Under the pieces are notes generated by a model. The model did not search any database. It saw nothing but the letters and a program-made list of their open reading frames with translations, and was not told the DNA's origin. The position numbers and the translations under genes are program-made. A stretch of DNA of 64,000 nt from a bacterium. GTDB taxonomy: Bacteria > Verrucomicrobiota > Verrucomicrobiia > Limisphaerales > UBA11358. Below are positions 29,006-38,215 of the stretch, one piece after another. Within the stretch, counting starts at the first letter, position 1. The number at the start of each line of letters is the position of its first letter. Location of the stretch: the NCBI GenBank assembly GCA_021813325.1, contig JAKALA010000007.1:10515-74514 (forward strand), given 5' to 3'.

Positions 29006-29215
29006 TCAATCTTCACTGCCGGTGAGGTGGCGACCGGAAGCAGGTTCGGAAATTTCTCCAAGCTGCTCCGGTCGCAGCGGCTCGGAAATGGCGTGCTCAT
29101 TGCCCAGCCACTTGCCAAGGTCGATTAACTTGCACCGGTGCGAGCAGAACGGCCCGTGTTTGCCGGCAAACCAATCGCCGGATTTTTGGCAGGTCGGACA
29201 TTCGGTTCGGGCCAT
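29006..29215 (-). CDS. yacG: YacG-like zinc-finger protein (DNA gyrase inhibitor family)
   Basis: CPTC...PFCSHRCKLIDLGKW pattern. Confidence 0.7.
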   Translation of the reverse strand: MARTECPTCQKSGDWFAGKHGPFCSHRCKLIDLGKWLGNEHAISEPLRPEQLGEISEPASGRHLTGSED

Positions 29216-29219
29216 CGGG

Positions 29220-29783
29220 CTAGCGGGTTTCCTTGGCGACGGTTTTCAAATCCTCGCTGATTTTATCGGCATCTTCGGCGGCGACGTGCAGTTCAGACAG
29301 CACCTCATTGACCTGTTTGAGCAAGGCTGTTTGCTGGGCGGCGGAAATATGGCCGCCATTGAAAAAGGCGTGAACGGCGACGCCCAGTTTTTCTACCTGC
29401 TCCGCGCTGGCCTTTTGGCTGGCGAGCGCCTTGATGAGATCACCGGCCATTTTCCGCACGCTGGCGGTGGAAGCTTTGGTTCCCAGAGCGGCCGCCGACA
29501 GATGATTCAGCAAGGGAATTCTCTGATCTCCCGCGGAAGCGGCCTCCGCCGCAGCACAGATAGCGGCGAAATCCGCGCGTAAATTCGAGATATTTTGCCG
29601 GGTGGCGATCAATTCCGGATCAGTGGGCGCCGGCGGCGCGGCGGACGGCCCTTGCGGGCCAGCCGCCTGCCCGCCCGGCGTGGCCGCCCGGCGAGCCTGT
29701 TGTTTGGCTATCGACATGTTTACATCGGCCCTGGCTGCTCCGGCCACTAACATTCCCAGGACGATGCATAACGTCGTTTTCAT
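29220..29783 (-). CDS. hypothetical secreted protein, Ala-rich helical
   Basis: Signal peptide (MKTTLCIVLGMLVAGAARA). It is co-directional with its neighbours and tightly spaced. No family recognised. Confidence 0.5.
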   Translation of the reverse strand: MKTTLCIVLGMLVAGAARADVNMSIAKQQARRAATPGGQAAGPQGPSAAPPAPTDPELIATRQNISNLRADFAAICAAAEAASAGDQRIPLLNHLSAAALGTKASTASVRKMAGDLIKALASQKASAEQVEKLGVAVHAFFNGGHISAAQQTALLKQVNEVLSELHVAAEDADKISEDLKTVAKETR

Positions 29784-29787
29784 AAGA

Positions 29788-32166
29788 CTAGGGGTTGGCC
29801 GTCAGCGCCCCATTTTTGGAGAGCAGCGCGATGTAGTCTTCCAAAATACGCTCGGTTTCATCGAGCATGGGATCGAAGGGCGGCGGGGTTTTCTTGACCG
29901 CCACGGTGGCGTTCACCGAATTGGTGTCCGAGTTCAAAGTTTTGGTTGTCGGTGAAACAGTATTGGGACTCACGGCATTGGTGGAAGCCGCGACGGTGAC
30001 ATTATTGTTTCCGGAGTCACCATCAACGCTGGTTGCCGTGCTGCTGTCGGTGGCGTCGGGCTTGTATTCCACAAGGCCGGGTTCACCGGCATTCTTGACA
30101 GTGATTTCGTAAATCTTGATGCCGTCCGGTTTGCGGGCGAGGCGTTCGGCGTCGCGTTCCTTGTTCTGGGCAAAGATGCGCTGGCGCTCTTTCAGCGCGT
30201 CAATTTCGTTGATGGTGGCGGTCTTATCCGCCTGCAATTTTTCAAACTGGGCAATGTCCTGCTTGACGTAGAGAAAATCCTGATTGGTGGCGACACGCGC
30301 TTCGGAATTGGTCTGCAATTCCGCGAGATACGGTCGCACCAGGTTCAACTTGTCGTAAAACACCGGCCGAATCGTGTCCCACGGCAGCGGATAATCGAGC
30401 GAGGACTCGCCGATTTTGGTCGAGTAATTCAGCACATCCGGCAGGACGATGTCCGGCTCCACGCCTTTGAGCTGGGTGGACGCGCCGCTGATGCGATAAA
30501 ACTTGCGGATGGTGATCTTGAGCATGCCCGGGTCGTTGGTGGCATTGCTGAAAAACGGTTTCAACGGATTCAGATTTTGCACGGTGCCTTTGCCATGGGT
30601 CGAGGTGTCGCCCACGATCAGCGCCCGGCCATAATCCTGCAAAGCGGCGGCCGCGATTTCCGAGGCGGAAGCACTGAACCGGTTGACCAGCACGACCAGC
30701 GGGCCATCATAAAGTTCGGTCGGGTCCGGGTCGGAATCCACCGTGACATCGCCATCAGGATTTCGGGCCAGAACCACGGGCCCGTCCTTGATGAAGAGAC
30801 CGGTAAAGCGAATGGCCTCCTCCAAGGATCCCCCTGGATTGCTGCGCAAGTCGATGATGATGCCGGATACTTTTTCCTTCTTCAGGCGGGTAATGAGCTT
30901 GGCCACATCCACTGAAGTGAAATTGGGAGCGGCCTGCCGATCGCCGCCAGGATTGACCGGGGCGTAAAAGGAAGGCAGGTCAATGATGCCAATACGATTG
31001 GTGCCGCCGTGTTCGTCGGGAATTTCGAGCAGCTTGGCCTTGGCTTCGGCGTCTTCCAGTTTGATTTCATCCCGAACGAGGGTGACAATTTTTCTGGCCG
31101 CCCGGTCGTTTTCCGGACTGATGGTCAGGCGGACTTCCGTGCCTTTGGGGCCGCGGATTTGTTGCACCACGCGTTCCAGTTCCATGTCCACCACATCCAC
31201 CGGCGGCTTGTCGCCTTGCGCCACGGCGACAATGCGGTCTTTTTCTTTCAACTGCCTGCTTTTGGCCGCCGGTCCGCCGGGCACCAGCGAGCGGATGGTG
31301 CAATAGCCGTCATCCTCCGAAAGCTGGGCGCCGATGCCAAAAAGCGAAAGGTTCATGCCAATGGAAAAATCCTGCGCGTGGGGAGCGCTGAAATAATCCG
31401 AATGCGGATCATACGCGTGGGACAGGCCGTTCAAATACGCTTGCAGCACGTTGTCGCTGTCCCAATTGGTGGTCAGGTGCAGGTTCCACCGATAATGCCG
31501 GAGGAGCGTGTCGGTAATTTCCTGGGCGGCATTGGCGGGCAATTTAATGACCATGGTGTCGTTGGTTTCAATAATTTCCCGCGACAGCTTTTCCTGGAGA
31601 TACTCGTAGCGCAGTTGTTGGCGCCAGAGTTCCTTGGCTTCGTCCAAATCTTTGGGGAAAGGCGCCGTGTGGCGGTCAATCACAATTTTTTCATCCTTGT
31701 TGAATTTGAATTTTTCCTTTTTCAACAATTCCATCGCGTAAGCATCGTGCTGTTGGATGCGTTCGGCAAAGCGGTCATAAATGGCAAATGCCGGCGTGAG
31801 GTCGGACGCGTTGCGCGGGTTGATGGTCAGCTTGTCCAGATTGGTGCGCCAGTGGGAAAACTCCGCCATGTCGGATTGCAGAAAGTTTTCATGGCGCGGG
31901 TCCAGCGAATCGATGTAGTTGTCAAAAAAGCGCTTGGAATACTCCTCGTCCAGCGGGTGCTGGGAGTAATGATACTCCTCGAGGAGCCGGGCCGTGACCA
32001 GCGCGATGCGCGGATCCATCGGCCCCGGTTTCAAATCCGGATTGGCCGGCGTTGGCAGGGCGGAGCCTGACGGGGTGGCGGTTTCGCATCCGGCCCAAAG
32101 GGCGAGAGCAATCACGAGAATGGTCAGGGCTACCAGCGGATTTTTGGCTTGGCTCACTTGTGGCAT
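29788..32166 (-). CDS. carboxy-terminal processing (tail-specific) protease, peptidase S41 (Prc-like)
   Basis: Lipobox-like N-terminus (LALWAGC), a PDZ region, and the S41 core (DLRSNPGGSLEEAI, STHGKGTVQ). The ATG at 32166 is preferred over the TTG at 32190. Confidence 0.85.
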   Translation of the reverse strand: MPQVSQAKNPLVALTILVIALALWAGCETATPSGSALPTPANPDLKPGPMDPRIALVTARLLEEYHYSQHPLDEEYSKRFFDNYIDSLDPRHENFLQSDMAEFSHWRTNLDKLTINPRNASDLTPAFAIYDRFAERIQQHDAYAMELLKKEKFKFNKDEKIVIDRHTAPFPKDLDEAKELWRQQLRYEYLQEKLSREIIETNDTMVIKLPANAAQEITDTLLRHYRWNLHLTTNWDSDNVLQAYLNGLSHAYDPHSDYFSAPHAQDFSIGMNLSLFGIGAQLSEDDGYCTIRSLVPGGPAAKSRQLKEKDRIVAVAQGDKPPVDVVDMELERVVQQIRGPKGTEVRLTISPENDRAARKIVTLVRDEIKLEDAEAKAKLLEIPDEHGGTNRIGIIDLPSFYAPVNPGGDRQAAPNFTSVDVAKLITRLKKEKVSGIIIDLRSNPGGSLEEAIRFTGLFIKDGPVVLARNPDGDVTVDSDPDPTELYDGPLVVLVNRFSASASEIAAAALQDYGRALIVGDTSTHGKGTVQNLNPLKPFFSNATNDPGMLKITIRKFYRISGASTQLKGVEPDIVLPDVLNYSTKIGESSLDYPLPWDTIRPVFYDKLNLVRPYLAELQTNSEARVATNQDFLYVKQDIAQFEKLQADKTATINEIDALKERQRIFAQNKERDAERLARKPDGIKIYEITVKNAGEPGLVEYKPDATDSSTATSVDGDSGNNNVTVAASTNAVSPNTVSPTTKTLNSDTNSVNATVAVKKTPPPFDPMLDETERILEDYIALLSKNGALTANP

Positions 32167-32304
32167 ATCAATTTGCGAAATTTGACTCAAAATAGCCCAA
32201 TTCGTTCACCGAAGAAAAACAAATTGCGCGCCGGCATGAAGAAAGTTTCGAACGAAAAGTAGATTGCCTTTGTCTGTGGAATCCAGAATCATGCCCGCTT
32301 TCGT

Positions 32305-33141
32305 ATGAATCAAATGAAAAAACTCATCTTTGGATCCGCCGTCCTCCTCAGCGTGGCGCTACCGCTGCTGGCTGAAAACACAAACGTCTTGAGCGATGAA
32401 AAAGCCCGCGTCAGCTATGCCATCGGCATGATGCTGGGCCATAACTGGAAACAACAGGGCTTGGAAGTCGATCCCGACATCGCCGCCCGCGCCATCAAGG
32501 ATGTTCAATCCAACGCCACCACGCTGCTGACCCAGGAGGAAATGCAGCAAACCCTCCAAGCCTTCCAGAAGGAGTTTGCCGCCAAACAGCAAAAGCTCCG
32601 CGCGGAAATGGCCGTCAAGGACAAGGCCGAGGGCGACGCGTTTCTCTCCACCAACAAGAATGTGGCGGGGGTGCAATGCCTGCCCGACGGACTCCAATAC
32701 CTCGTGATGACCGACGGTCATGGGGCTAGTCCGACGGCCAAGGACACCGTCACGGTGAACTATCGCGGCACCCTGTTGGATGGCACCGAATTCGACAGTT
32801 CATACAAGCGCGGTCAGCCCGCCCGTTTCCCTGTCAGCGGCGTGATCCGGGGCTGGACCGAAGCCTTGCAAATGATGAGAGTCGGGTCCAAGTGGAAATT
32901 GTTCATTCCGGCGGAACTGGCCTATGGCGAACGCGGCAATCGCGGCATCCCGCCGAACTCAACTTTGATTTTCGAAGTGGAATTGCTGAACATCGAAACA
33001 CCCCCGCCGCCAGCGGCCGCCGCCCCCTTGACCAGCGACATCATCAAGGTGCCTTCGGCGGAAGACATGAAGAAAGGCGCCAAGATTGAGGTGATCAAGC
33101 CGGAAGATGCCGCCAAGGCGCGGACAAACAACGTCAAGTAG
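32305..33141 (+). CDS. FKBP-type peptidyl-prolyl isomerase (FkpA/Mip-like), secreted
   Basis: Signal peptide, an FKBP_N-like helical domain, and an FKBP core (VTVNYRGTLLDGTEFDSSY...VIRGWTEALQMM..GSKWKLFIPAELAYGERG). Confidence 0.85.
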   Translation: MNQMKKLIFGSAVLLSVALPLLAENTNVLSDEKARVSYAIGMMLGHNWKQQGLEVDPDIAARAIKDVQSNATTLLTQEEMQQTLQAFQKEFAAKQQKLRAEMAVKDKAEGDAFLSTNKNVAGVQCLPDGLQYLVMTDGHGASPTAKDTVTVNYRGTLLDGTEFDSSYKRGQPARFPVSGVIRGWTEALQMMRVGSKWKLFIPAELAYGERGNRGIPPNSTLIFEVELLNIETPPPPAAAAPLTSDIIKVPSAEDMKKGAKIEVIKPEDAAKARTNNVK

Positions 33142-33210
33142 ATCGTCAGCGTTCAGCCCAAACGGCCAGCGCCGCAAGCTGCTAAATAAAATCGTCTGCC
33201 GAGACATTGC

Positions 33211-33241
33211 GCCCGTCGCCTCGAATGGTGACGGGCTTTTT
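33211..33241 (+). terminator. rho-independent terminator after the FKBP gene
   Basis: Stem gcccgtc (33211-33217) pairs with gacgggc (33230-33236). It is followed by ttttt (33237-33241). Confidence 0.65.
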
Positions 33242-33365
33242 GTTCGCCACGTTTCCGGCGGTTTGGCAATGAGTCGTGAAAACTCTCCAGTTTGGTTGAA
33301 CAAAAGCCAAAGTTTTAAGTCAATAAGCTTACAGGTCTGAAGTTTGTCAGTTTGTCATTAACACT

Positions 33366-34892
33366 ATGAAATTGTTTTCCAAACCATTGTTCGGGCTGGC
33401 TGCGGCCGCGGCGACCACCGTTGCAATTTTATCTGTTTCCCATTTCCCCCTCTGGGCCAAGGAAGTCCAGCCGGTGTTCACTGTTTCCAGCACGCCCATC
33501 AACCGTGATGCTCATTTAGGCACCAGCTTCGCGCCGATTGTCAAAAAAGCGGCGCCAGGCGTGGTGAACATCTTTTCCACCCGAATCATCAAGGAACGCC
33601 TGTTGAATGCCAACCCGATGTTCAATGACCCGATCTTCCGGCATTTCTTCGGCAACCAGATGTCGCCCTACGGTGATGAGCAGGAGCGCACGCGCAAAGA
33701 GCGCAGTCTGGGTTCCGGCGTGATCGTTTCCCAGGATGGCTACATCCTCACCGCCAATCATGTCGTGGCCGATGCGGATGAAATCAAGGTTGCCGTCGCG
33801 GGCATCAAAAAAGAATTTACCGCCAAAGTGATCGGCAAGGATCGCGCCACGGACATCGCCGTGCTGAAGATTGATGCGAACAATCTGCCGGCGGTTACCC
33901 TGGCGGACAGCGACCAGATCGAAGTCGGCGACGTGGTGCTGGCCATTGGCAATCCGTTTGGCGTCGGCCAGACCGTGACCATGGGCATTGTGAGCGGATT
34001 GGGGCGCATCGTGCCCGGCTTTAACCAATACCAAAATTTCATTCAAACCGATGCCGCCATCAATCCCGGCAACTCGGGAGGTGCCTTGGTCGATGTCGAA
34101 GGCCGTTTGGTGGGCATCAACACCGCGATCATCAGTCCCAGCGGCGGCAACAACGGCGTTGGCTTTGCCGTGCCCATCAACCTCGCCCGGAATGTGCTCG
34201 AACGGCTGGTCGCCGGCGGCAAAGTGACCCGGGGATACCTCGGCATCATGCCACAAGACATTGATGCCAATTTGGCGAAGCAATTCAAACTGCCCGGTCA
34301 GAATGGCGCGCTCGTCGGCGATGTGGTGCCCGGCACGCCCGCCGAGAAAGCCGGTTTGCAATCCGGCGATGTCATTCTCTCCATCAATGGCAAGAACATC
34401 GAAGACGCCCATGATTTGCAGCTCACTATTTCCGAATTCCTCCCCGGAGCCTCGGTAAAACTGGGGGTGGTCCGCAACGGACAGACCAAAACCTTCACGG
34501 TGAAGCTGGCCGAACAGCCCGGAGACCTGGTGGCCAACAACAATGATGACTCGGATCCCGGCAATGCCACAGCCGATGCGCTCGCCGGTGTGACGGTGGC
34601 GAATTACAGCGCCCAAGTTCGACAGCAGTTGCGCGTGCCGGAGGATATTCATGGCGTCATTGTCACCAGCGTGGCGGACGACTCCAATGCGGCGGACGCC
34701 GGGCTTCAGCCGAACGACATCATTGTGGAAATCAACCGTCAGCCGGTCGCCAATGCCAATGCCGCGGTCAAGCTGTGCCGGGCCGCCAAAGGCGATGAAA
34801 TCCTGCTCAAAATCTGGCGCCGCCTGGGCGATGACTTCGCCGGCACACGGTTCCTGACCGTGGACAATGTCCGCCCGGACAAGGAAAACTAA
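33366..34892 (+). CDS. htrA: Do/DegP/HtrA-family periplasmic serine protease with two PDZ domains
   Basis: Signal peptide. Catalytic triad context: TANHVV, DIAVLKI, GNSGGALV. Two PDZ-like segments. Confidence 0.9.
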   Translation: MKLFSKPLFGLAAAAATTVAILSVSHFPLWAKEVQPVFTVSSTPINRDAHLGTSFAPIVKKAAPGVVNIFSTRIIKERLLNANPMFNDPIFRHFFGNQMSPYGDEQERTRKERSLGSGVIVSQDGYILTANHVVADADEIKVAVAGIKKEFTAKVIGKDRATDIAVLKIDANNLPAVTLADSDQIEVGDVVLAIGNPFGVGQTVTMGIVSGLGRIVPGFNQYQNFIQTDAAINPGNSGGALVDVEGRLVGINTAIISPSGGNNGVGFAVPINLARNVLERLVAGGKVTRGYLGIMPQDIDANLAKQFKLPGQNGALVGDVVPGTPAEKAGLQSGDVILSINGKNIEDAHDLQLTISEFLPGASVKLGVVRNGQTKTFTVKLAEQPGDLVANNNDDSDPGNATADALAGVTVANYSAQVRQQLRVPEDIHGVIVTSVADDSNAADAGLQPNDIIVEINRQPVANANAAVKLCRAAKGDEILLKIWRRLGDDFAGTRFLTVDNVRPDKEN

Positions 34893-34912
34893 GTTGCAAG
34901 TTGCGGGTGACC

Positions 34913-34950
34913 GGTTAAAAGTTACGGACCGTTGTCCGGGACTTTTAACC
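34913..34950 (+). promoter_or_regulatory. long imperfect hairpin / inverted repeat in the htrA-cbpA spacer
   Basis: ggttaaaagttacggac (34913-34929), loop cgtt, gtccgggacttttaacc (34934-34950). 15 of 17 arm positions pair. No U-tract follows. Confidence 0.3.
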
Positions 34951-34975
34951 ATAGCCCGGCAACGGGCAACTGAAG

Positions 34976-35908
34976 ATGCCCGTTCAATTCAAAGACTATT
35001 ATCAAATTCTCGGTGTTTCGCGGACCGCGAGCGACGCCGAGATCAAGAAGTCCTTTCGCAAACTGGCGCGCGAATATCATCCCGATGTCGCCAAGGACAA
35101 GAAAAAAGCCGAGGAGAAATTCAAGGAAATCAACGAAGCCTACGAAGTCCTTTCCGACCCGGACAAGCGCGAGAAATACGACGAGTTGGGGCCGAACTGG
35201 AAATCCGGCGCGGATTTTCGCCCACCCCCCGGCTATGGCGGATTTGCCGGCCGCCCCTCCCACGGCGGTTCGCGCGGCGGAGCGCAGGAATTTGAGTTTG
35301 GCGGCACCGGATTCAGCGATTTTTTCGAGCAACTGTTCGGTTCGCGACGCCGTGGAGGTGGTGGATTTACCGGGCGGGGCGGATTTGCCAACGATGCTCA
35401 TGCCGAACCCCAGCGCGATATTGAAGGCGACATCCTGGTGAGCCTCGAAGAAGCCCGGCGCGGATCACTTCGGGCCGTGAACGTGAGTCATGAAGATCGC
35501 ACCGAAACTCATCAAGTGAAAATCCCGGCCGGCATTACCGAAGGACAGCGGTTGCGCATTTCCGGGCGGGGCGAACACGGCGGCGACTTGTATCTCCGCG
35601 TGCGTCTGGCAAAGCATCCTGACTTTGAAGTGGAAGGGCATAACCTGGTTTATGAACTGGAAATAGCGCCTTGGGAAGCCGTGCTTGGCGCGGAACTGTC
35701 GGTGCCAACGCTGGATGGGCGGGTGAACATAAAAATTCCGGCGGGCACTTCAGGCGGACAGAAATTCCGCGTGCGTGGTCGCGGTTTGAACAAGGAAAGC
35801 GATTTGTTTGTGTTGACCAAAATTACGGTGCCGACAAAATTAACCGACGGTCAAAAAAAACTTTGGGAACAACTCGCCCACGAATCCAAGTTTAATCCCA
35901 GAGATTGA
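34976..35908 (+). CDS. cbpA: DnaJ-class chaperone without a zinc finger (CbpA-like)
   Basis: J domain (DYYQILGV...EYHPDV...[11 protein letters not shown]), a G/F-rich linker, DnaJ C-terminal domains, and no CxxCxGxG repeats. Confidence 0.85.
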   Translation: MPVQFKDYYQILGVSRTASDAEIKKSFRKLAREYHPDVAKDKKKAEEKFKEINEAYEVLSDPDKREKYDELGPNWKSGADFRPPPGYGGFAGRPSHGGSRGGAQEFEFGGTGFSDFFEQLFGSRRRGGGGFTGRGGFANDAHAEPQRDIEGDILVSLEEARRGSLRAVNVSHEDRTETHQVKIPAGITEGQRLRISGRGEHGGDLYLRVRLAKHPDFEVEGHNLVYELEIAPWEAVLGAELSVPTLDGRVNIKIPAGTSGGQKFRVRGRGLNKESDLFVLTKITVPTKLTDGQKKLWEQLAHESKFNPRD

Positions 35909-35945
35909 GCCAATAACACCGGGCGGGAGAAAGAACGTCAATAGT

Positions 35946-37151
35946 ATGAAAACGATGTTCCGAAGCATGGTTGCCACGGGTTTGCTGGTGGTCTGGCAAA
36001 CTGGCTTGGCTGATTCCACCAATTTAACAGCGCTGGCAGCGGCCAATAATCAGTTCGCGTTCAAACTGCTCAAGCAACTCGTCGCGGAACAGCCGGGAAA
36101 GAATATTTTTGTCTCGCCCTACAGCGCGGCCACGGCCCTGCAAATGGCGGCGAACGGAGCGGCGGGCCGGACCAAAGATGAAATGGAACGTGTCCTCGGC
36201 ACTTCGGGAATGCCGGTTTCGGCTTTGAATGAGGCGGAAAGTGCGGCGAACAGCCGGTTGCAATCGGGCGATACTAATCTGATTCTCGCCACGGCGAACG
36301 CGCTGTGGTATCGGCAGGGCGCCGAAGTGAAACCCGATTTTCTTAGATTGAATCTGAAGTATTTTCAATCCGCCATCAACGCTTTGGATTTCGAGAATGC
36401 GCCGGCGGCTGAAGCGAAAATCAACCGCTGGGCCAGCGATCAGACGCATGGGCGGATCACAAATATAGCCAGCGAGATGATCGACCAAGATACGGACCTG
36501 ATTTTGGCGAATGCAATTTATTTCAAGGGAAAATGGCTGGACCCATTTGATGCCAAGTTGACCAAGGAACGTCCGTTTCATCCGGCGGCTGGTTCCGAGG
36601 TCCAGATGCCCATGATGGAAATGTCCAAGCATTTCAACCACCGCCAAGGCACGGGCTATCAGGCGGTGCGGCTGCCTTACATGGGATATGATTTGGCCAT
36701 GTATGTCTTTTTGCCGGACCCGGGTTCAAGTCCAATGAAGTTGTTGCAAATCATGAACGGCGACAACTGGCGGCGCATTACCATGCCCGGATTCAGCGAT
36801 CGCGAAGGAACGGTCGTGCTGCCCAAGTTCAAATTGGAAACCACTTTGGAATTGAATCATCCGCTCCAAACCCTGGGAATGAATTTGGCTTTCACCCGTG
36901 GCAAGGCGGATTTTTCCAACCTGTTTGCCGACCCGCACTTTATTTCCGAAGTCCGACAAAAGGCGTTTGTTGAAGTGAATGAAGAAGGCACCGAAGCCGC
37001 CGCCGTCACTGCGATTAGGATGGACGCTGCAAGCATTGAATTGAACCCACCGAAACCCTTTGAAATGATTGTGGATCGCCCGTTTCTTTTTGCGATCGTG
37101 GACGCTCAAACGGAATTGATATTATTCATGGGAACCGTCAACGAGTTGTGA
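35946..37151 (+). CDS. secreted serpin (serine protease inhibitor)
   Basis: Signal peptide, NIFVSPYSAATALQMAANGA, a hinge/reactive-centre loop (EVNEEGTEAAAVTAIRMDAAS), and PFLFAIVD. Confidence 0.85.
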   Translation: MKTMFRSMVATGLLVVWQTGLADSTNLTALAAANNQFAFKLLKQLVAEQPGKNIFVSPYSAATALQMAANGAAGRTKDEMERVLGTSGMPVSALNEAESAANSRLQSGDTNLILATANALWYRQGAEVKPDFLRLNLKYFQSAINALDFENAPAAEAKINRWASDQTHGRITNIASEMIDQDTDLILANAIYFKGKWLDPFDAKLTKERPFHPAAGSEVQMPMMEMSKHFNHRQGTGYQAVRLPYMGYDLAMYVFLPDPGSSPMKLLQIMNGDNWRRITMPGFSDREGTVVLPKFKLETTLELNHPLQTLGMNLAFTRGKADFSNLFADPHFISEVRQKAFVEVNEEGTEAAAVTAIRMDAASIELNPPKPFEMIVDRPFLFAIVDAQTELILFMGTVNEL

Positions 37152-37209
37152 ATCGGCGGAGCGATTCCGTTGACCGCTGCCGCCCGGCGGCGGAATAGCT
37201 TGAGGGCAG

Positions 37210-38175
37210 TTACGGCCAGGGCTTCGCCTTCAACCGGAACCAGGTCATGGGGGCGTTGGTGGCATGAAAATTCCAACGCCATGCCTCCGTGTCTTCAAAC
37301 CAGCTCACGCTATCGCCATACCCTGTTGGCACCGTGTATTCCATCCAGGCCGTGCCGTTGGTTGTGTATTCCAGACCATAGAGGTAATCCGGTCCCAGAT
37401 AGGAGCCGTGAATTTGCAATTTCCCTTCGTCCGCGCAGGCCACATGCAGGATTTCCAGCGTCCGGGAGATGCCTTTCAAAACGAGGCGGATCGGACCGTT
37501 CTCGACCGGTATGTAATCCGAAACAAAAGGCGGATTCATTCCCGGTGAAGGGAGCATCACCCCCTCGGGCCAGATCTGGAGTTCGCTTTGTTGCACATAA
37601 CTGCCGTCGGAAAGACGGGTAAACTCAATCCAGCCGGACGACACCTGATTGGTCTGGTTGCGAACGTGGATAAAATCGTAATACACCTCGTTCATTCTGG
37701 CCTGATACGTCCAGGAAAATGCCTCCAGCGTCAATCTAAGCCGGTTTGAGACCGGCGTATTGCCTCCATGGACGCGAATGCGGAAGTGACCGGTTTGATC
37801 GTAAAGCGCCGCGTTGGTCAACACGGTTCCTGCCAGATTCACATAAGGGATATGCGTGCTCATGAAGGCATCAAACTCCAGCAGAAGATCATTGCCATCC
37901 ACGGTTCGGACAACATTGGTAAACGGTCCCACCTCGATTTGCTGAAGGTGAAACCAGGTCGGGTAATTGGTGCCCAGATAGTTCATGGTGCCATCAAACT
38001 TCAGCAGCGTTTCCGGCGGCCAGATGACATACGTGCCGGCAGTCGGCGGCAGGGTGTTGGTCGGGGCGATGGCTTCAGGCAATGTGGCGCTCGCGTCCAT
38101 CACCAGGAGCAATGTGAGCGTCGCAAAAACACCGCTCAAAACAGCAGAACGGCGGTTTGAAACAATTATCTTCAT
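37210..38175 (-). CDS. hypothetical secreted protein with a C-terminus ending WFRLKAKPWP
   Basis: Signal peptide (MKIIVSNRRSAVLSGVFATLTLLLVMDASA). It is the last gene of a co-directional secreted-protein trio. No family recognised. Confidence 0.55.
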   Translation of the reverse strand: MKIIVSNRRSAVLSGVFATLTLLLVMDASATLPEAIAPTNTLPPTAGTYVIWPPETLLKFDGTMNYLGTNYPTWFHLQQIEVGPFTNVVRTVDGNDLLLEFDAFMSTHIPYVNLAGTVLTNAALYDQTGHFRIRVHGGNTPVSNRLRLTLEAFSWTYQARMNEVYYDFIHVRNQTNQVSSGWIEFTRLSDGSYVQQSELQIWPEGVMLPSPGMNPPFVSDYIPVENGPIRLVLKGISRTLEILHVACADEGKLQIHGSYLGPDYLYGLEYTTNGTAWMEYTVPTGYGDSVSWFEDTEAWRWNFHATNAPMTWFRLKAKPWP

Positions 38176-38215
38176 GGCTGGCGACAATCAGATGTCAGGT
38201 TGGGGTTCAGTAAAA

